IMG/VR virus record: IMGVR_UViG_3300014000_000001
Coordinates: 96,001-160,000 of that record
Length of the DNA stretch: 64,000 bases
From: a virus
Taxonomy: Duplodnaviria > Caudoviricetes
Reading direction: 5' to 3' (one strand)
The position numbers and the translations under genes were made by a program. This document shows, piece after piece, positions 1 through 10,158 of this stretch. The notes under the pieces are model-generated. The model searched no databases and had not been told where the DNA came from. It saw nothing but the letters and a program-made list of their open reading frames with translations. How positions within the stretch are numbered: position 1 is the first letter of the stretch; each line of letters opens with the position of its first letter.

Positions 1-2
1 AC

Positions 3-236
3 CCAATCATCGAGCAGGTCACTTATCAAGCCTTGAAGAACTTGATCGCGCTTGAAGAAAATACAGAAACTAAACCAGAGATTTGGTCATTGCCTGTTTC
101 TGATTTTTCAAAACGTGTTAAACTAGGTGAACAGATGGTGAATCGTTTCCAACTAATTCCTAAAGAGTTAATTGAAAATGATGCAGAACTCAATCAACGA
201 TGGCAAGATGTTATGCGTAATCTAATGTCAACATAA
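3..236 (+). CDS. hypothetical protein, 5'-truncated by the window edge
   Basis: The frame of ORF 33..236 stays open upstream to base 3 (PIIEQVTYQA...), so the TTG at 33 is probably internal; a terminator follows. Confidence 0.6.
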   Translation, partial: PIIEQVTYQALKNLIALEENTETKPEIWSLPVSDFSKRVKLGEQMVNRFQLIPKELIENDAELNQRWQDVMRNLMST

Positions 237-239
237 TTT

Positions 240-276
240 TAATGGAGGACCCTAGGGTTCTCCATTATTCTTTTTC
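240..276 (+). terminator. intrinsic terminator hairpin centred on CCTAGG
   Basis: TAATGGAGGACCCTAGGGTTCTCCATTA (one G-U pair) followed by a T-rich tract. Confidence 0.75.
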
Positions 277-305
277 AACTTAATCAATTTATAGAGGTTT
301 TAATC

Positions 306-638
306 ATGCAACTTACATCATATCGCACCACTGGTGACGCTGTTAGCCTTTTTGCTGAATTTAGTTCATTTAAAATGAATATCAATCATTTAATGAACCA
401 AACCAATAACAAAGAACTAGCTCAATGTGTTATTGATTTCTTCAATAATAAAAAGAGTTATCTAACCGCACTTGATGAAATAATTAGTATTTTAAAAGCA
501 GTTAAACAACAAGCAGCTTTAGAATACGATGAAGTTGTTTTAGCTAAAGTAGCTTTTCTTATTTTAGAAACTACGACTAATCACGATGAAGATGATGATC
601 AGCTTAAAGAACTTTACACCTTAGCTTTCACACATTGA
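306..638 (+). CDS. hypothetical protein, paralog of 649..1023
   Basis: 110 aa, AGAGGT RBS; shares Y.E..LAKV..L...L..LY.LA with the next ORF. Confidence 0.75.
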   Translation: MQLTSYRTTGDAVSLFAEFSSFKMNINHLMNQTNNKELAQCVIDFFNNKKSYLTALDEIISILKAVKQQAALEYDEVVLAKVAFLILETTTNHDEDDDQLKELYTLAFTH

Positions 639-648
639 GGAATGTCAA

Positions 649-1023
649 ATGAGCACTACAATACAATACGACACTACTCTGAAGGCATTTACAATTGCAT
701 CAAAAATTATCCAAGACAATCCGATTCGTAGTTTGACACATTTACTAGCAGCTAATCGCATTGTGGGTTATTTTCAAAATATCTTTCCTGATTTCAATTT
801 CGATGACCCTACCTTAATAAAAGTAAATCGAGTAATTATGGATAAAAGATTGCTAGAAATGGATACTGCATTAGATGGAGTAAATGACCTAATATATAAT
901 GAAATTCTTTTAGCTAAGGTATTAATTTTTCTCTTAAGTGATTACGATACCCATTATTTCGAAGGGGGATATTTTATTTATCCGTTCATTGAAAAACTTT
1001 ATAAGCTAGCATACCGAACATAA
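649..1023 (+). CDS. hypothetical protein, paralog of 306..638
   Basis: 124 aa, GAGGA RBS. Confidence 0.75.
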   Translation: MSTTIQYDTTLKAFTIASKIIQDNPIRSLTHLLAANRIVGYFQNIFPDFNFDDPTLIKVNRVIMDKRLLEMDTALDGVNDLIYNEILLAKVLIFLLSDYDTHYFEGGYFIYPFIEKLYKLAYRT

Positions 1024-1026
1024 ATA

Positions 1027-1058
1027 AAAAGATCAGGAGCCTAGGCTCCTGATCTTTT
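1027..1058. terminator. bidirectional terminator, perfect 32-bp palindrome
   Basis: AAAAGATCAGGAGCCTAGGCTCCTGATCTTTT between convergent genes. Confidence 0.85.
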
Positions 1059-1059
1059 G

Positions 1060-1869
1060 TTATAATCCAACCCGAGTAATCATGGATAGATGTTTTTTGC
1101 GCCTTGCTGGATCTGCCATGAACGAAACCTTTTTCCATTTCTCATTGAAGTATTCAGTGTATTGTTCGTACGCATCTTCATACCCTTCAACAATAGATGT
1201 AAATCGATTTAATTGATAACCGCCATCAATCTCTGCTTTATCCATTGTAACAATACGATTTGTCCAAATATAAGCTTTAGTTGCCTTCACACATAACTCA
1301 GCAAAAACATGATAAGCAGTTCGAGATAAAGTTGACATGTTTTCATCATACTCGACCATTACGGTTAAAAATAAGTTATTCGCAACCGTACCAGCACCAA
1401 CGACCATAATAGTGTTCTCACCAATCAGCTCAGTATCAATGGTTCCTGAGATTGTAGGGTTACGCACACTGTTAAGTAATTTATTGGTTGCTAAAGTCAC
1501 ATCACTGACCGCTTGAATGGTACCGTACGGCATCAGATAACCAGAAGATGGTAGATAGGTAGCATTTAAAACTTCAGTGATGGATCGATTTTGAGTATAA
1601 GTTTTTGGAACACGTACAATCATGTTATTGGAATCAATATTCTGACACCAACCAGAAAGTACTGGGATCTTCATCTCATTGGCACCGATGAGATTACAAT
1701 CAGTTAACACGATATCCCGAATCACCTTTTGTCGAATTAAACTATCCAAACTCACCGCTGAACGATAAGCTCTAAAACGATTGTTAGATTCAATAAAAGT
1801 TTTCTCTAAAATTTCTTTTGGAATATTGAGCTTGATTCGATTGATCGCGTGGTCAAGGGGTGTAAGCAT
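1060..1869 (-). CDS. conserved phiKZ-like protein (position of the phiKZ gp42 region; possibly virion)
   Basis: 269 aa with AGGAG RBS; assignment from synteny only. Confidence 0.6.
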   Translation of the reverse strand: MLTPLDHAINRIKLNIPKEILEKTFIESNNRFRAYRSAVSLDSLIRQKVIRDIVLTDCNLIGANEMKIPVLSGWCQNIDSNNMIVRVPKTYTQNRSITEVLNATYLPSSGYLMPYGTIQAVSDVTLATNKLLNSVRNPTISGTIDTELIGENTIMVVGAGTVANNLFLTVMVEYDENMSTLSRTAYHVFAELCVKATKAYIWTNRIVTMDKAEIDGGYQLNRFTSIVEGYEDAYEQYTEYFNEKWKKVSFMADPARRKKHLSMITRVGL

Positions 1870-1970
1870 TTTTTACTCCTTTTTTAAATCAAATAGCTAG
1901 GGGTATAGCCTTTAATAAAAAAACACGATATTCGAGCATTTATGAAGAAAAGCGATAAACCATTTTACAA

Positions 1971-1989
1971 ATATACATTATCTAAGTGA
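1971..1989 (+). promoter_or_regulatory. putative early (virion-RNAP) promoter motif, copy 1
   Basis: ATATACATTATCTAAGTGA, repeated 7 times in intergenic DNA, each time upstream of an AGAGG RBS. Confidence 0.7.
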
Positions 1990-2010
1990 TATACCCAGAG
2001 GTCATAAAAA

Positions 2011-2358
2011 ATGTTAACCGTCGCTACAGACTTGTTAGAGATTAAGGGTGGGTTTTTATCCACTCCATCTATCACTGGACACTGTTATTTGTCGGAACGA
2101 GATTTTCATAATTGGGTTATGGCTTCAATAGATTTTCTTGGATTATTGGTTGTGGACTTCGATCACATTAGTTACTGGTCTCAAGACTATTACGAGTTTA
2201 GTGAACCAGTGACTAATTATTCACAGATACATGATCTATATCAGCAGTTGGTGATATTGTTAGATTGCCCTCATATTCGTGGACGTGAAGTATTTCGATG
2301 CTTCGGTCAGTTTAAAGGAGATCTACTATGTTTCCACATGGAGTTTTTAAATGATTAA
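2011..2358 (+). CDS. hypothetical early protein
   Basis: 115 aa, AGAGGT RBS, first gene after the promoter motif. Confidence 0.7.
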   Translation: MLTVATDLLEIKGGFLSTPSITGHCYLSERDFHNWVMASIDFLGLLVVDFDHISYWSQDYYEFSEPVTNYSQIHDLYQQLVILLDCPHIRGREVFRCFGQFKGDLLCFHMEFLND

Positions 2359-3292
2359 TGCCACATATTCAATCGACATATTTGAATTGAAAGAAGAATA
2401 TAGTCAGTTCGTACACGAGATATGTAAGAAATACCGAGTGAACTGTCGGGCGACTGAACGTGTGTTTAATGAAACAATTAAGACCCATGTACTTGCATTA
2501 TTGAACGAACGAACTCATATGTTGTTTAATCCGATTTCTGATGACTGGGAAGCAGGTATTTTAGATATCTTATTCTCGAATGAGTTTAGTTTTGCCCAGT
2601 TTTACAATGCCCATTCTGAACGCAATCTACACCCTGACGAAATCGTTTCAGTGATTATTAACCACGACCCATTCCTGAAACAATTAAACACCACCATTCG
2701 TACATTGCTCAAACCATTGTTAAATAAAGTAGATCCCTTGTTTACAATTTGGGAGGTGGAGATTTACCCTGGGGCAATCTGCATTAATGCTGTTGGTGAT
2801 TATCGTATCGAGCAATGGCATGTTGATTACGGGGTATCTAAATCAACCACTCAAGAGACTTATACCTTACAGCTTGATGATCTAGGTTTCTATATCAAAA
2901 AGCTTATTGATTTCCGTAACCAACCCGCTAAAGTCAGAGGTCGACACAAATCAGAAATATTGAATAGTCTTATACAAAGTAGTGTAAGTTATTTTCTTTC
3001 CGATCAATTGCAACATTTAGACAACGCAAACATTTTACTGGAATATTTCGGATATGGTCAATCAACATTAATCCAAATACAACAGTTCTTTAACTTAGAG
3101 TATATGCCTGGTATTGAAAAGTCATCTAACTTCTCAAGCATTAGTCATTATACAGTATTTGAAAATTCATTAGTGATTCACTTTAACCCTAAGGTGAATC
3201 ATAACAACTACCGACAGTTATCTCGTGCCGAACGCGAAGCAATGGTTGCCGAGAATAACATGGATTATATCCCAAAAAGACAGAGGTTTTAA
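2351..3292 (+). CDS. hypothetical early protein
   Basis: 313 aa, GGAG RBS, overlaps the previous stop. Confidence 0.8.
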   Translation: MINATYSIDIFELKEEYSQFVHEICKKYRVNCRATERVFNETIKTHVLALLNERTHMLFNPISDDWEAGILDILFSNEFSFAQFYNAHSERNLHPDEIVSVIINHDPFLKQLNTTIRTLLKPLLNKVDPLFTIWEVEIYPGAICINAVGDYRIEQWHVDYGVSKSTTQETYTLQLDDLGFYIKKLIDFRNQPAKVRGRHKSEILNSLIQSSVSYFLSDQLQHLDNANILLEYFGYGQSTLIQIQQFFNLEYMPGIEKSSNFSSISHYTVFENSLVIHFNPKVNHNNYRQLSRAEREAMVAENNMDYIPKRQRF

Positions 3293-3294
3293 AA

Positions 3295-3876
3295 ATGCAA
3301 TCAACGAATATAGATTTAATGGATATAATGGGAGTTAACTCCCATCAGAATGTTTCTGATGAAAACTTGAGCGTGTTATCTGATTCATTAACGATAGTGG
3401 TTGAGGTTGATGATATTCTTGCAATCTTTGGTTCCACATTAGTATTTGCTGATATTAGTAAACAATTGGGAACCATCGATGAATTTTATAAACGCATAGT
3501 GCATCCAACTATAGCTGAACTTTATAACGGCACAGAAGATCAAGCCCGACTGCAAAACATCTACAAAGATGATAACATTGCGAATTTCATTTATGATTCG
3601 CTTGATAGCAAAGCATTCCTTTGGGTTGAAGGCATGTCTGCTAACAATCACATTACTGTACCGAATGAAGAAGTTATTCGTTTAGGTACCTCGATCATTG
3701 AGTTGCTAGTTACACACATTACCACATTGGTTAATGAACGTAATGGACATCATCCATCTACGGATGTGCCACATTCCATCAATATCGGTCAACGTGCTAA
3801 AGCGAGTGCGCTACCGAGTGGGAGAGATCCTCGGTTACTTGAAATCACACTTGAATATTTCTGGGTATATTGCTAA
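3295..3876 (+). CDS. hypothetical early protein
   Basis: 193 aa, AGAGGT RBS. Confidence 0.8.
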   Translation: MQSTNIDLMDIMGVNSHQNVSDENLSVLSDSLTIVVEVDDILAIFGSTLVFADISKQLGTIDEFYKRIVHPTIAELYNGTEDQARLQNIYKDDNIANFIYDSLDSKAFLWVEGMSANNHITVPNEEVIRLGTSIIELLVTHITTLVNERNGHHPSTDVPHSINIGQRAKASALPSGRDPRLLEITLEYFWVYC

Positions 3877-4640
3877 TGAAGGACTATCACGGGGACACCT
3901 ATCCACATTTTGTCTGGGTAACCCGTGAGTTCGATTTCGATGTTGTGAAACGTTTGATGGGTATGGAAAGAGAACAGGTCATTGATGCTATTACTTGTTT
4001 TGATGGTTATGTTGAAGTCAATAATCTACACGGATATATTGATGTTTCTGACATCTTAACTGATGCATTTAATATCACATTGGATAGTAATTTCATTTAT
4101 CAAGATGAAGTGATGTTAAATCGAATCAACTGGTGGAGAGACTATTTTGCATTGCTGTGGGACACCGTAAGCTCTAATGAAGATTTAGATGATAATGATG
4201 ATGTAACTTATGCTGACGCAATTACGGACGTTGGTGATTCGGCGCATAAACTCTTGAATATATTAGTTCTAGGTCTAGCTATTCATTTTGATGAAACCGA
4301 GAAGGAATATCTAGCAAATCATGTTGCATGGAAACAGGACATAGAACAATATAGTAGCTATGACCCATACCAAAACTCATATTTACACATGTGTGGAGAT
4401 TTAATCATCTTCCCTTGTTTAATAGGTGAAGACTGTGAAAGTGAAGACCAGCGACAAATACATTCTGTTTATAGGTCTGTCTGCGATAGAAAACTACCCT
4501 CTACTTCACAAAGAGATAGACGCCATCCGCACAGAACTATCGCCCATAATCAATCAGATCATGCAAGATGTTTATCAAAGGAAACTAACCGAGATAGACG
4601 AGGAAAAATTGATCCTTTTGATCGACTCAGAAATTTCTGA
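3870..4640 (+). CDS. acidic hypothetical early protein
   Basis: 256 aa; the last ~70 codons overlap the next gene. Confidence 0.7.
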   Translation: MLMKDYHGDTYPHFVWVTREFDFDVVKRLMGMEREQVIDAITCFDGYVEVNNLHGYIDVSDILTDAFNITLDSNFIYQDEVMLNRINWWRDYFALLWDTVSSNEDLDDNDDVTYADAITDVGDSAHKLLNILVLGLAIHFDETEKEYLANHVAWKQDIEQYSSYDPYQNSYLHMCGDLIIFPCLIGEDCESEDQRQIHSVYRSVCDRKLPSTSQRDRRHPHRTIAHNQSDHARCLSKETNRDRRGKIDPFDRLRNF

Positions 4641-4875
4641 ACAAACGTGGGTGAATCTAATCGAACATCACGGAGTAGAAGTCCAAACCTGGGTATTAAA
4701 TTCCATCATGGAATATCTTTACCATTTAAAGGATGAGACTTTAAACTTTACCCTCATTCATCAAGCTGAAAAGATAGCATTCCTAGGCAATGCGTCTTTT
4801 AAAATACCAATTCGCTTTTTAGTGAATTTGGATCAACCCAAACTTAACGATATTAATATCGAGGTAGGGATATGA
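4426..4875 (+). CDS. hypothetical early protein (start may be GTG 4435)
   Basis: 149 aa; AGGTGA RBS precedes GTG 4435; ATGA overlap with the next gene. Confidence 0.7.
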   Translation: MKTVKVKTSDKYILFIGLSAIENYPLLHKEIDAIRTELSPIINQIMQDVYQRKLTEIDEEKLILLIDSEISEQTWVNLIEHHGVEVQTWVLNSIMEYLYHLKDETLNFTLIHQAEKIAFLGNASFKIPIRFLVNLDQPKLNDINIEVGI

Positions 4876-5630
4876 ATATGAGATACTCAACCTCCCACAC
4901 GAGCAGTCGTGTGGGGGTGGACGCATATATGCGGTTCGAGGTTGAACCCGATTCGATCAATTATCCTTATTTTGATGACATTCATCATTTTGTGGATTAC
5001 AGGGAGTTAACAACTCCAGAGGAGGTTTTAGAAAAATATCTTTGGCATGGTCTCAAAATATCCATGCGTGAGATTGCCAATAATCTAGATTTTGATGATC
5101 GAAGTGATCCAGATAATCCGTTTGATCGGCATTGTTTCGGAGAACTAATACGGGTTTCAGCACTTGGTTTGGCGCTAGATTATATAGATGATTTAAATAG
5201 TTGCCCGCCTGAATGGGTGGATTTTATCAGCGAGCTTGATCAGCATGATATACAGCAAGATTTTGAAGATTCGGTAGATTATCTAATTAATTCAGCAGAA
5301 TTTGAAGTAATGTCTTATTTGTTTGGTAAACATTATGAAGAAGAAACAGGTAAAGATGATTCGGATGTTATCGATGATTTTATCATTACCGCCCAAGAGG
5401 TAATATGGTCAATCATCGTTCATTTAAAGAGCGTTATTCCAAATCTCATGGACATTATGGAAATATGTACCTTCACAGATGGTTATCTTACTGGTAAGTG
5501 GGAAAATGATCATTTGGATTTATATTTAATGACTGAGGGAAAACGCCCTTGGCCTGAAAGATTTAATAGAGGTTTTAAAGAAAATGAAATTCGATCAAGA
5601 CACGATAGTCCAAGTCGACGTAGGCGCTGA
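4872..5630 (+). CDS. highly acidic hypothetical early protein
   Basis: 252 aa, D/E-rich, GAGGT RBS. Confidence 0.8.
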   Translation: MNMRYSTSHTSSRVGVDAYMRFEVEPDSINYPYFDDIHHFVDYRELTTPEEVLEKYLWHGLKISMREIANNLDFDDRSDPDNPFDRHCFGELIRVSALGLALDYIDDLNSCPPEWVDFISELDQHDIQQDFEDSVDYLINSAEFEVMSYLFGKHYEEETGKDDSDVIDDFIITAQEVIWSIIVHLKSVIPNLMDIMEICTFTDGYLTGKWENDHLDLYLMTEGKRPWPERFNRGFKENEIRSRHDSPSRRRR

Positions 5631-6012
5631 TGTAGATAACTTTATTCATGTTCTTAGTATGTTTGGTTCATCACACTTACAATCTGAAGACATGGAACGT
5701 TATTTTATCGCCAAAGCACTAATGGCGGTTTCAGCACTCACACCAACCGACGCATTAGTGAATTCAGTTCATGATAAGATTCACGATTCCCTACGTCAAG
5801 AGTTTAACAAGGATGACTCAATTAAACAGAAAACCAAAATTATGCAAGAGTGGTTAGTTTTGGTGGATACCTTAAAAGCCTCACTGAATCAATATCTTTA
5901 TGAAGATGGTGGACGAAATCATTTAGTTGTGACATATCGAGATTATCTAGGGAATGGGGTACTTCAACTCATCCTCCACGATGGTCGTGATGATGTCTCA
6001 GAAGAGAGGTAA
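5584..6012 (+). CDS. hypothetical early protein
   Basis: 142 aa, AGAGGT RBS. Confidence 0.75.
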   Translation: MKFDQDTIVQVDVGADVDNFIHVLSMFGSSHLQSEDMERYFIAKALMAVSALTPTDALVNSVHDKIHDSLRQEFNKDDSIKQKTKIMQEWLVLVDTLKASLNQYLYEDGGRNHLVVTYRDYLGNGVLQLILHDGRDDVSEER

Positions 6013-6013
6013 T

Positions 6014-6376
6014 ATGGATGTCTATATTGAATCCCCCGTAACCAATGAATACGTGGAAAATATGACATGTTTATTGGAGAGTGCGATAGCTGTTTCTGAT
6101 GAACAAGCGTGGAATCCTAAACGACTGGCAAGTTCCTTAGTCAATCGTTTAGTGACGGATTTGATTAATCAACAAGATTCTGAGGCAATACAAGATCTAA
6201 AAGATTGCTATAAGGAAGATTTTAATTATCTAAGCATAATTGCCCAAGATATAAGGGATCAGTTGATTGATCACTTTTTATTGATGTCTATCGCGGCTTC
6301 ATCCGTTAAGGTGAAGAAGCTAACTATAACAGGCTCTTTAATTTATTTAAAGGTAGTACCAATTCATGAGTTATGA
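6014..6376 (+). CDS. hypothetical early protein (ORF track start 5954; likely start MDVYIE at 6014)
   Basis: AGAGGT RBS directly upstream of ATG 6014. Confidence 0.7.
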   Translation: MDVYIESPVTNEYVENMTCLLESAIAVSDEQAWNPKRLASSLVNRLVTDLINQQDSEAIQDLKDCYKEDFNYLSIIAQDIRDQLIDHFLLMSIAASSVKVKKLTITGSLIYLKVVPIHEL

Positions 6377-6767
6377 TCTATTACGTAAACCCAATCAAGT
6401 CATCTCTTTCCAAACCAAGCAATCCCCATACCTACCACTTAAATACACTAACGTAACAACTGAGGGTGTGGTGAGCTATGGGATTGCTTTATCTGTAGAA
6501 GACATTAGTGCTAAGTTCCAGCAAATGGTGACTTACTATCCAGAATTAAGTACTGATCCCACCAAAGCTGATTTCGTGATTATCCGTCATAACTCTGGTG
6601 AGCGAGAAGTATTAGCTTTACAATGGGTGGATGAAGACACAATCCAATCTACTCAACGTGTGAATAAACGTATTGATCTATATGGAGTTGATTCAACAAT
6701 CAATGAACGTTTAATCAAAATGCTAAAACTATTAAATGTTACTGACTTTAAAATCACAGATGTGTGA
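6366..6767 (+). CDS. conserved small protein upstream of the DNA polymerase (phiKZ gp49 position)
   Basis: 133 aa; synteny with phiKZ-like phages. Confidence 0.65.
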   Translation: MSYDLLRKPNQVISFQTKQSPYLPLKYTNVTTEGVVSYGIALSVEDISAKFQQMVTYYPELSTDPTKADFVIIRHNSGEREVLALQWVDEDTIQSTQRVNKRIDLYGVDSTINERLIKMLKLLNVTDFKITDV

Positions 6768-6769
6768 TA

Positions 6770-6809
6770 AATAGCTCCCTTCCAAGACGGAAGGGAGCTA
6801 TTATTTTTT
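6770..6809 (+). terminator. intrinsic terminator
   Basis: AATAGCTCCCTTCC-AAGAC-GGAAGGGAGCTATT plus T tract. Confidence 0.85.
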
Positions 6810-6852
6810 GCTTTTTTACAGTAAGCGCACATGTATGAGATAGGAGTATGAC

Positions 6853-9090
6853 ATGGGTATTCAAGTAATCAATCCTTTTGTCAAGGAACCAAATTATTAT
6901 AAAAGAGAGATGGATATTATCGGAGGATACGTAGATGCATCAGCACAATTCCTTCATTCTAAACATCCTCAATATTCTTTAGACTACTGTACAACTTACG
7001 TTAAAGATCAAATGAAAGAAGGAGGGTCTAATCAAATCAAAGATCCTCGTGTAATGTTCATCTCACAACGTAAGCGTGGTAATAGAAAAAAAGAAGTAGG
7101 TACCCTGACTTCTTTATTAGATGAGATCATTAATGATCAAAACCTGATCATGTCACCAGCGATGATCGCGTATCAACGTCCAGAAATTACCAAGTCTTTA
7201 TTATCGGAGTTCTTATTCGGTAACGTGAAGAAACGTAAGGACTATAAAGATTTAAAATTCAAATACGAACAAGAGGGTAATAAAACCCTACAAACCTTTT
7301 ATGATATTTTACAATCTTCAGTTAAAGAGTTAAACAACTCTCTTTCAGGAGCTGGGGTATCTAAATATAATGCGATTTATTGTAAATCATCCCATCTATC
7401 ATTGACTGCGGGTTGCCGTACTGCGACCAGTTATGCTAACGCATCAAATGAAAGATTCATTGCAGGTAACAGACATTATCATAAACCGAACGTAGTTCTT
7501 CAGGAGTTATCCAACGCTGTACTTTACGGACCTCATCGTGAGATCAAACAGGTTATTGAAAGATATAAACTCCGATACCCAACAGTAGAACAGACGATGG
7601 AATGTATCCTGAAGTCTAGTCGTAAATACTGGATTGATCAAGCTCGAGAAGATTTCATCCTAGATTACATCAACACCATGACTGATGTTGCGCGTGCAGC
7701 TTTTGTTTACACAGGTGATGCGTATCATTTATCTAAGTACAATCCTGGATTCGTTGAAGCGTTGTTCGAAGAGTTTACTGAAGTTGCTCGTGAATATCGA
7801 GAAGATGAAATTGTAAACGAAGACATCCTGAAAAAGATTGATGGTGATAAGGTTGTTACTGTATCATTATTTAAATCACAGAACTTAGTCGGCAAGAAAT
7901 TTAAGGAATTAAAAGAGAAATACCCTGAAGATTATAAGCAAGTAAATACATGCGCTCATAACTTTGAACTACTTATTCAAGAGCATGCTGACCTAATTGA
8001 CGCATTGTGGCGTCCACGTTACTTGGTATCTTCTATTGGTAAGTTTAGATCAATTATTCGTGAAGCAGTATTGACGTCAGATACAGATTCTACAATCTTC
8101 ACCACAATGTATTGGACTCATAAAGTTACAGGTAACTACGACTTTTCTAAGCAGTCTTACAATGTCGGTTATTTGGTGGTTTATTTCGCATCACAAATTG
8201 TATCTAACGCATTATCAATTATGTGTGCCAACATGGGTATTGGTGTTGAACAGTTAAATATGCTTCAGATGAAGAATGAATATTATTTCCCTGTTTACGG
8301 TTTAACCAATATTTCTAAACACTACTTCGCGTTACGCTCTGCTCAAGAGGGCGTGATCAAGATGAAGAAAGATAAAGAAACAGATTCGTGGATTGAAGCA
8401 CCAGAACTTGAGATGAAAGGGGTGCATTTGATTTCATCTAAAGCATCACTTAAGTTCATGACCGATTTCCAAGACTATGTTGAAAAACATGTGATGGCAT
8501 CTATCATGAATGATAAGAAGCTTTCTTGGAATGATATCATGGATCAACCAATTCAAGAAGAGTTACGTATCAGACATAACATCCGTACTGGTGGAATTGA
8601 TTATTACTCTCGTGAACAAATCAAGAATCCTGCCGATTATAAACAGGGCGAGGACAATAGTAACTATTTCCAATACTTAATGTGGCGTGAAGTGTTCGCA
8701 CAAAAATATGGCGATGTAGATAATCCTCCATTCTATGCGATGAAGATCCCAGTAGATTTAAATAAACCACGTAAGCTCAAACGTTGGATTGATTCAATGG
8801 AAGATAGAGCATTGGCAGATCGCTTGATGCGATTCTTGGGAGATAAGGATAAGGACAACTTTACATCTATCCTTATCCCACTACAAATCGTACAGATATC
8901 AGGGTTACCTGCAGAGCTATTGACAATTATCGATGAATCTAGAGCTGTGTCACAAATCATGACTCCATATTACCTAGCACTACAAACCTTTGGAATGTAT
9001 GTTGGTAATTCGAAAAACTCTAGATTACTCACTGATAATTATATTGATCGTTACATGGATAAACAGTTAAACTTGCAACAGGCTGCTTAA
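6853..9090 (+). CDS. split family-B DNA polymerase, polymerase (motif B/C) subunit, phiKZ gp50-like
   Basis: Motif B QSSVKELNNSLSG, motif C TSDTDSTIF, KHYF and EMKGV; no exonuclease motifs or motif A. Confidence 0.9.
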   Translation: MGIQVINPFVKEPNYYKREMDIIGGYVDASAQFLHSKHPQYSLDYCTTYVKDQMKEGGSNQIKDPRVMFISQRKRGNRKKEVGTLTSLLDEIINDQNLIMSPAMIAYQRPEITKSLLSEFLFGNVKKRKDYKDLKFKYEQEGNKTLQTFYDILQSSVKELNNSLSGAGVSKYNAIYCKSSHLSLTAGCRTATSYANASNERFIAGNRHYHKPNVVLQELSNAVLYGPHREIKQVIERYKLRYPTVEQTMECILKSSRKYWIDQAREDFILDYINTMTDVARAAFVYTGDAYHLSKYNPGFVEALFEEFTEVAREYREDEIVNEDILKKIDGDKVVTVSLFKSQNLVGKKFKELKEKYPEDYKQVNTCAHNFELLIQEHADLIDALWRPRYLVSSIGKFRSIIREAVLTSDTDSTIFTTMYWTHKVTGNYDFSKQSYNVGYLVVYFASQIVSNALSIMCANMGIGVEQLNMLQMKNEYYFPVYGLTNISKHYFALRSAQEGVIKMKKDKETDSWIEAPELEMKGVHLISSKASLKFMTDFQDYVEKHVMASIMNDKKLSWNDIMDQPIQEELRIRHNIRTGGIDYYSREQIKNPADYKQGEDNSNYFQYLMWREVFAQKYGDVDNPPFYAMKIPVDLNKPRKLKRWIDSMEDRALADRLMRFLGDKDKDNFTSILIPLQIVQISGLPAELLTIIDESRAVSQIMTPYYLALQTFGMYVGNSKNSRLLTDNYIDRYMDKQLNLQQAA

Positions 9091-10158
9091 TTTACCATAG
9101 GTAGTATCTACTCCAATCCCAATATTATCGTAGAACTCACGATCATTGCGTAATGTTTTGATTCGTCTTTTCATGAATTCAATGTCTTGACGATTCTTCT
9201 CATTACCGTGATCGTTTTGATATTGGGCTAGGAAGTTCAACCAACTTAACCTCGATGCATCGTACACCCAACGTACTGAACGAGTGTAAGTCATCTCAGG
9301 TAAGATGAGAGTTTGCGCAACATTACCCATGCTCAGTTGAGGGATTTGTTGGTTGATTTCATTAAAGGTAAAACTACCTGAACTTATAATTTTAACAGCG
9401 TGAAGTAAAGCTCTATCCACATAATGGCTAGTATTATTCACAACAACACCACCAACTCTAAGAGTTTTAAAAGCTGCAGGCTCAATTTGGTTATAATGTT
9501 GAATAAAACGATTACGAAGAACAATATCCATGTGGCTATTGATGATATTAAACAAAGGATAACGACTTAGAAACATATGTGGTGATTCAGGATCAATCCC
9601 GTTACGTTCAGCCTCATAATGTTGCCACAGTCGATATTGTAAAATTAATACAGGAATATTGATACATATGTAGGCTTTATTTCCAAATACATTCTCACCC
9701 GTATAACGACTATTTGGAATACCGAGGTTTAAATCGCAATAGGGGTGATCAAGAACTCTAATAGGTTCTAGTAACTTCCAATTGTATTTAATCTCGTTAC
9801 CTAACGGAATGGAATCATCCATAACAAGGTATTCATTAATGTTGTTTGGGTAAGCTATGTTATTTGGTACATTTGTCATTCTTCTATATGGTGTTGAGAT
9901 ACCAAACAACTCAGCATCTTCTAACCAACGATTACGAGCTACTTCTAAAGTAGTATCTGCATTTTGATAAAGGGGAGTGTTATCACTTTTTAAAAGTTTG
10001 ACTAAAGGATGTGTATTTAAAACCCATTCACTAGATTCTCTGAAATAACGAGCAAGCTTATTTAGTTCTTTATAGAGTGCTTCACGAGCATTATTCCACC
10101 CAGGTAGGTTCTGTGCTCCTAAATTGAACATACGCGGATTGTTAAAAAGAGTATGCAT
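9067..10158 (-). CDS. conserved Chimalliviridae protein (phiKZ gp52 position)
   Basis: 363 aa, antisense gene between the DNA polymerase and chimallin, as in phiKZ-like phages. Confidence 0.7.
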   Translation of the reverse strand: MHTLFNNPRMFNLGAQNLPGWNNAREALYKELNKLARYFRESSEWVLNTHPLVKLLKSDNTPLYQNADTTLEVARNRWLEDAELFGISTPYRRMTNVPNNIAYPNNINEYLVMDDSIPLGNEIKYNWKLLEPIRVLDHPYCDLNLGIPNSRYTGENVFGNKAYICINIPVLILQYRLWQHYEAERNGIDPESPHMFLSRYPLFNIINSHMDIVLRNRFIQHYNQIEPAAFKTLRVGGVVVNNTSHYVDRALLHAVKIISSGSFTFNEINQQIPQLSMGNVAQTLILPEMTYTRSVRWVYDASRLSWLNFLAQYQNDHGNEKNRQDIEFMKRRIKTLRNDREFYDNIGIGVDTTYGKLSSLLQV

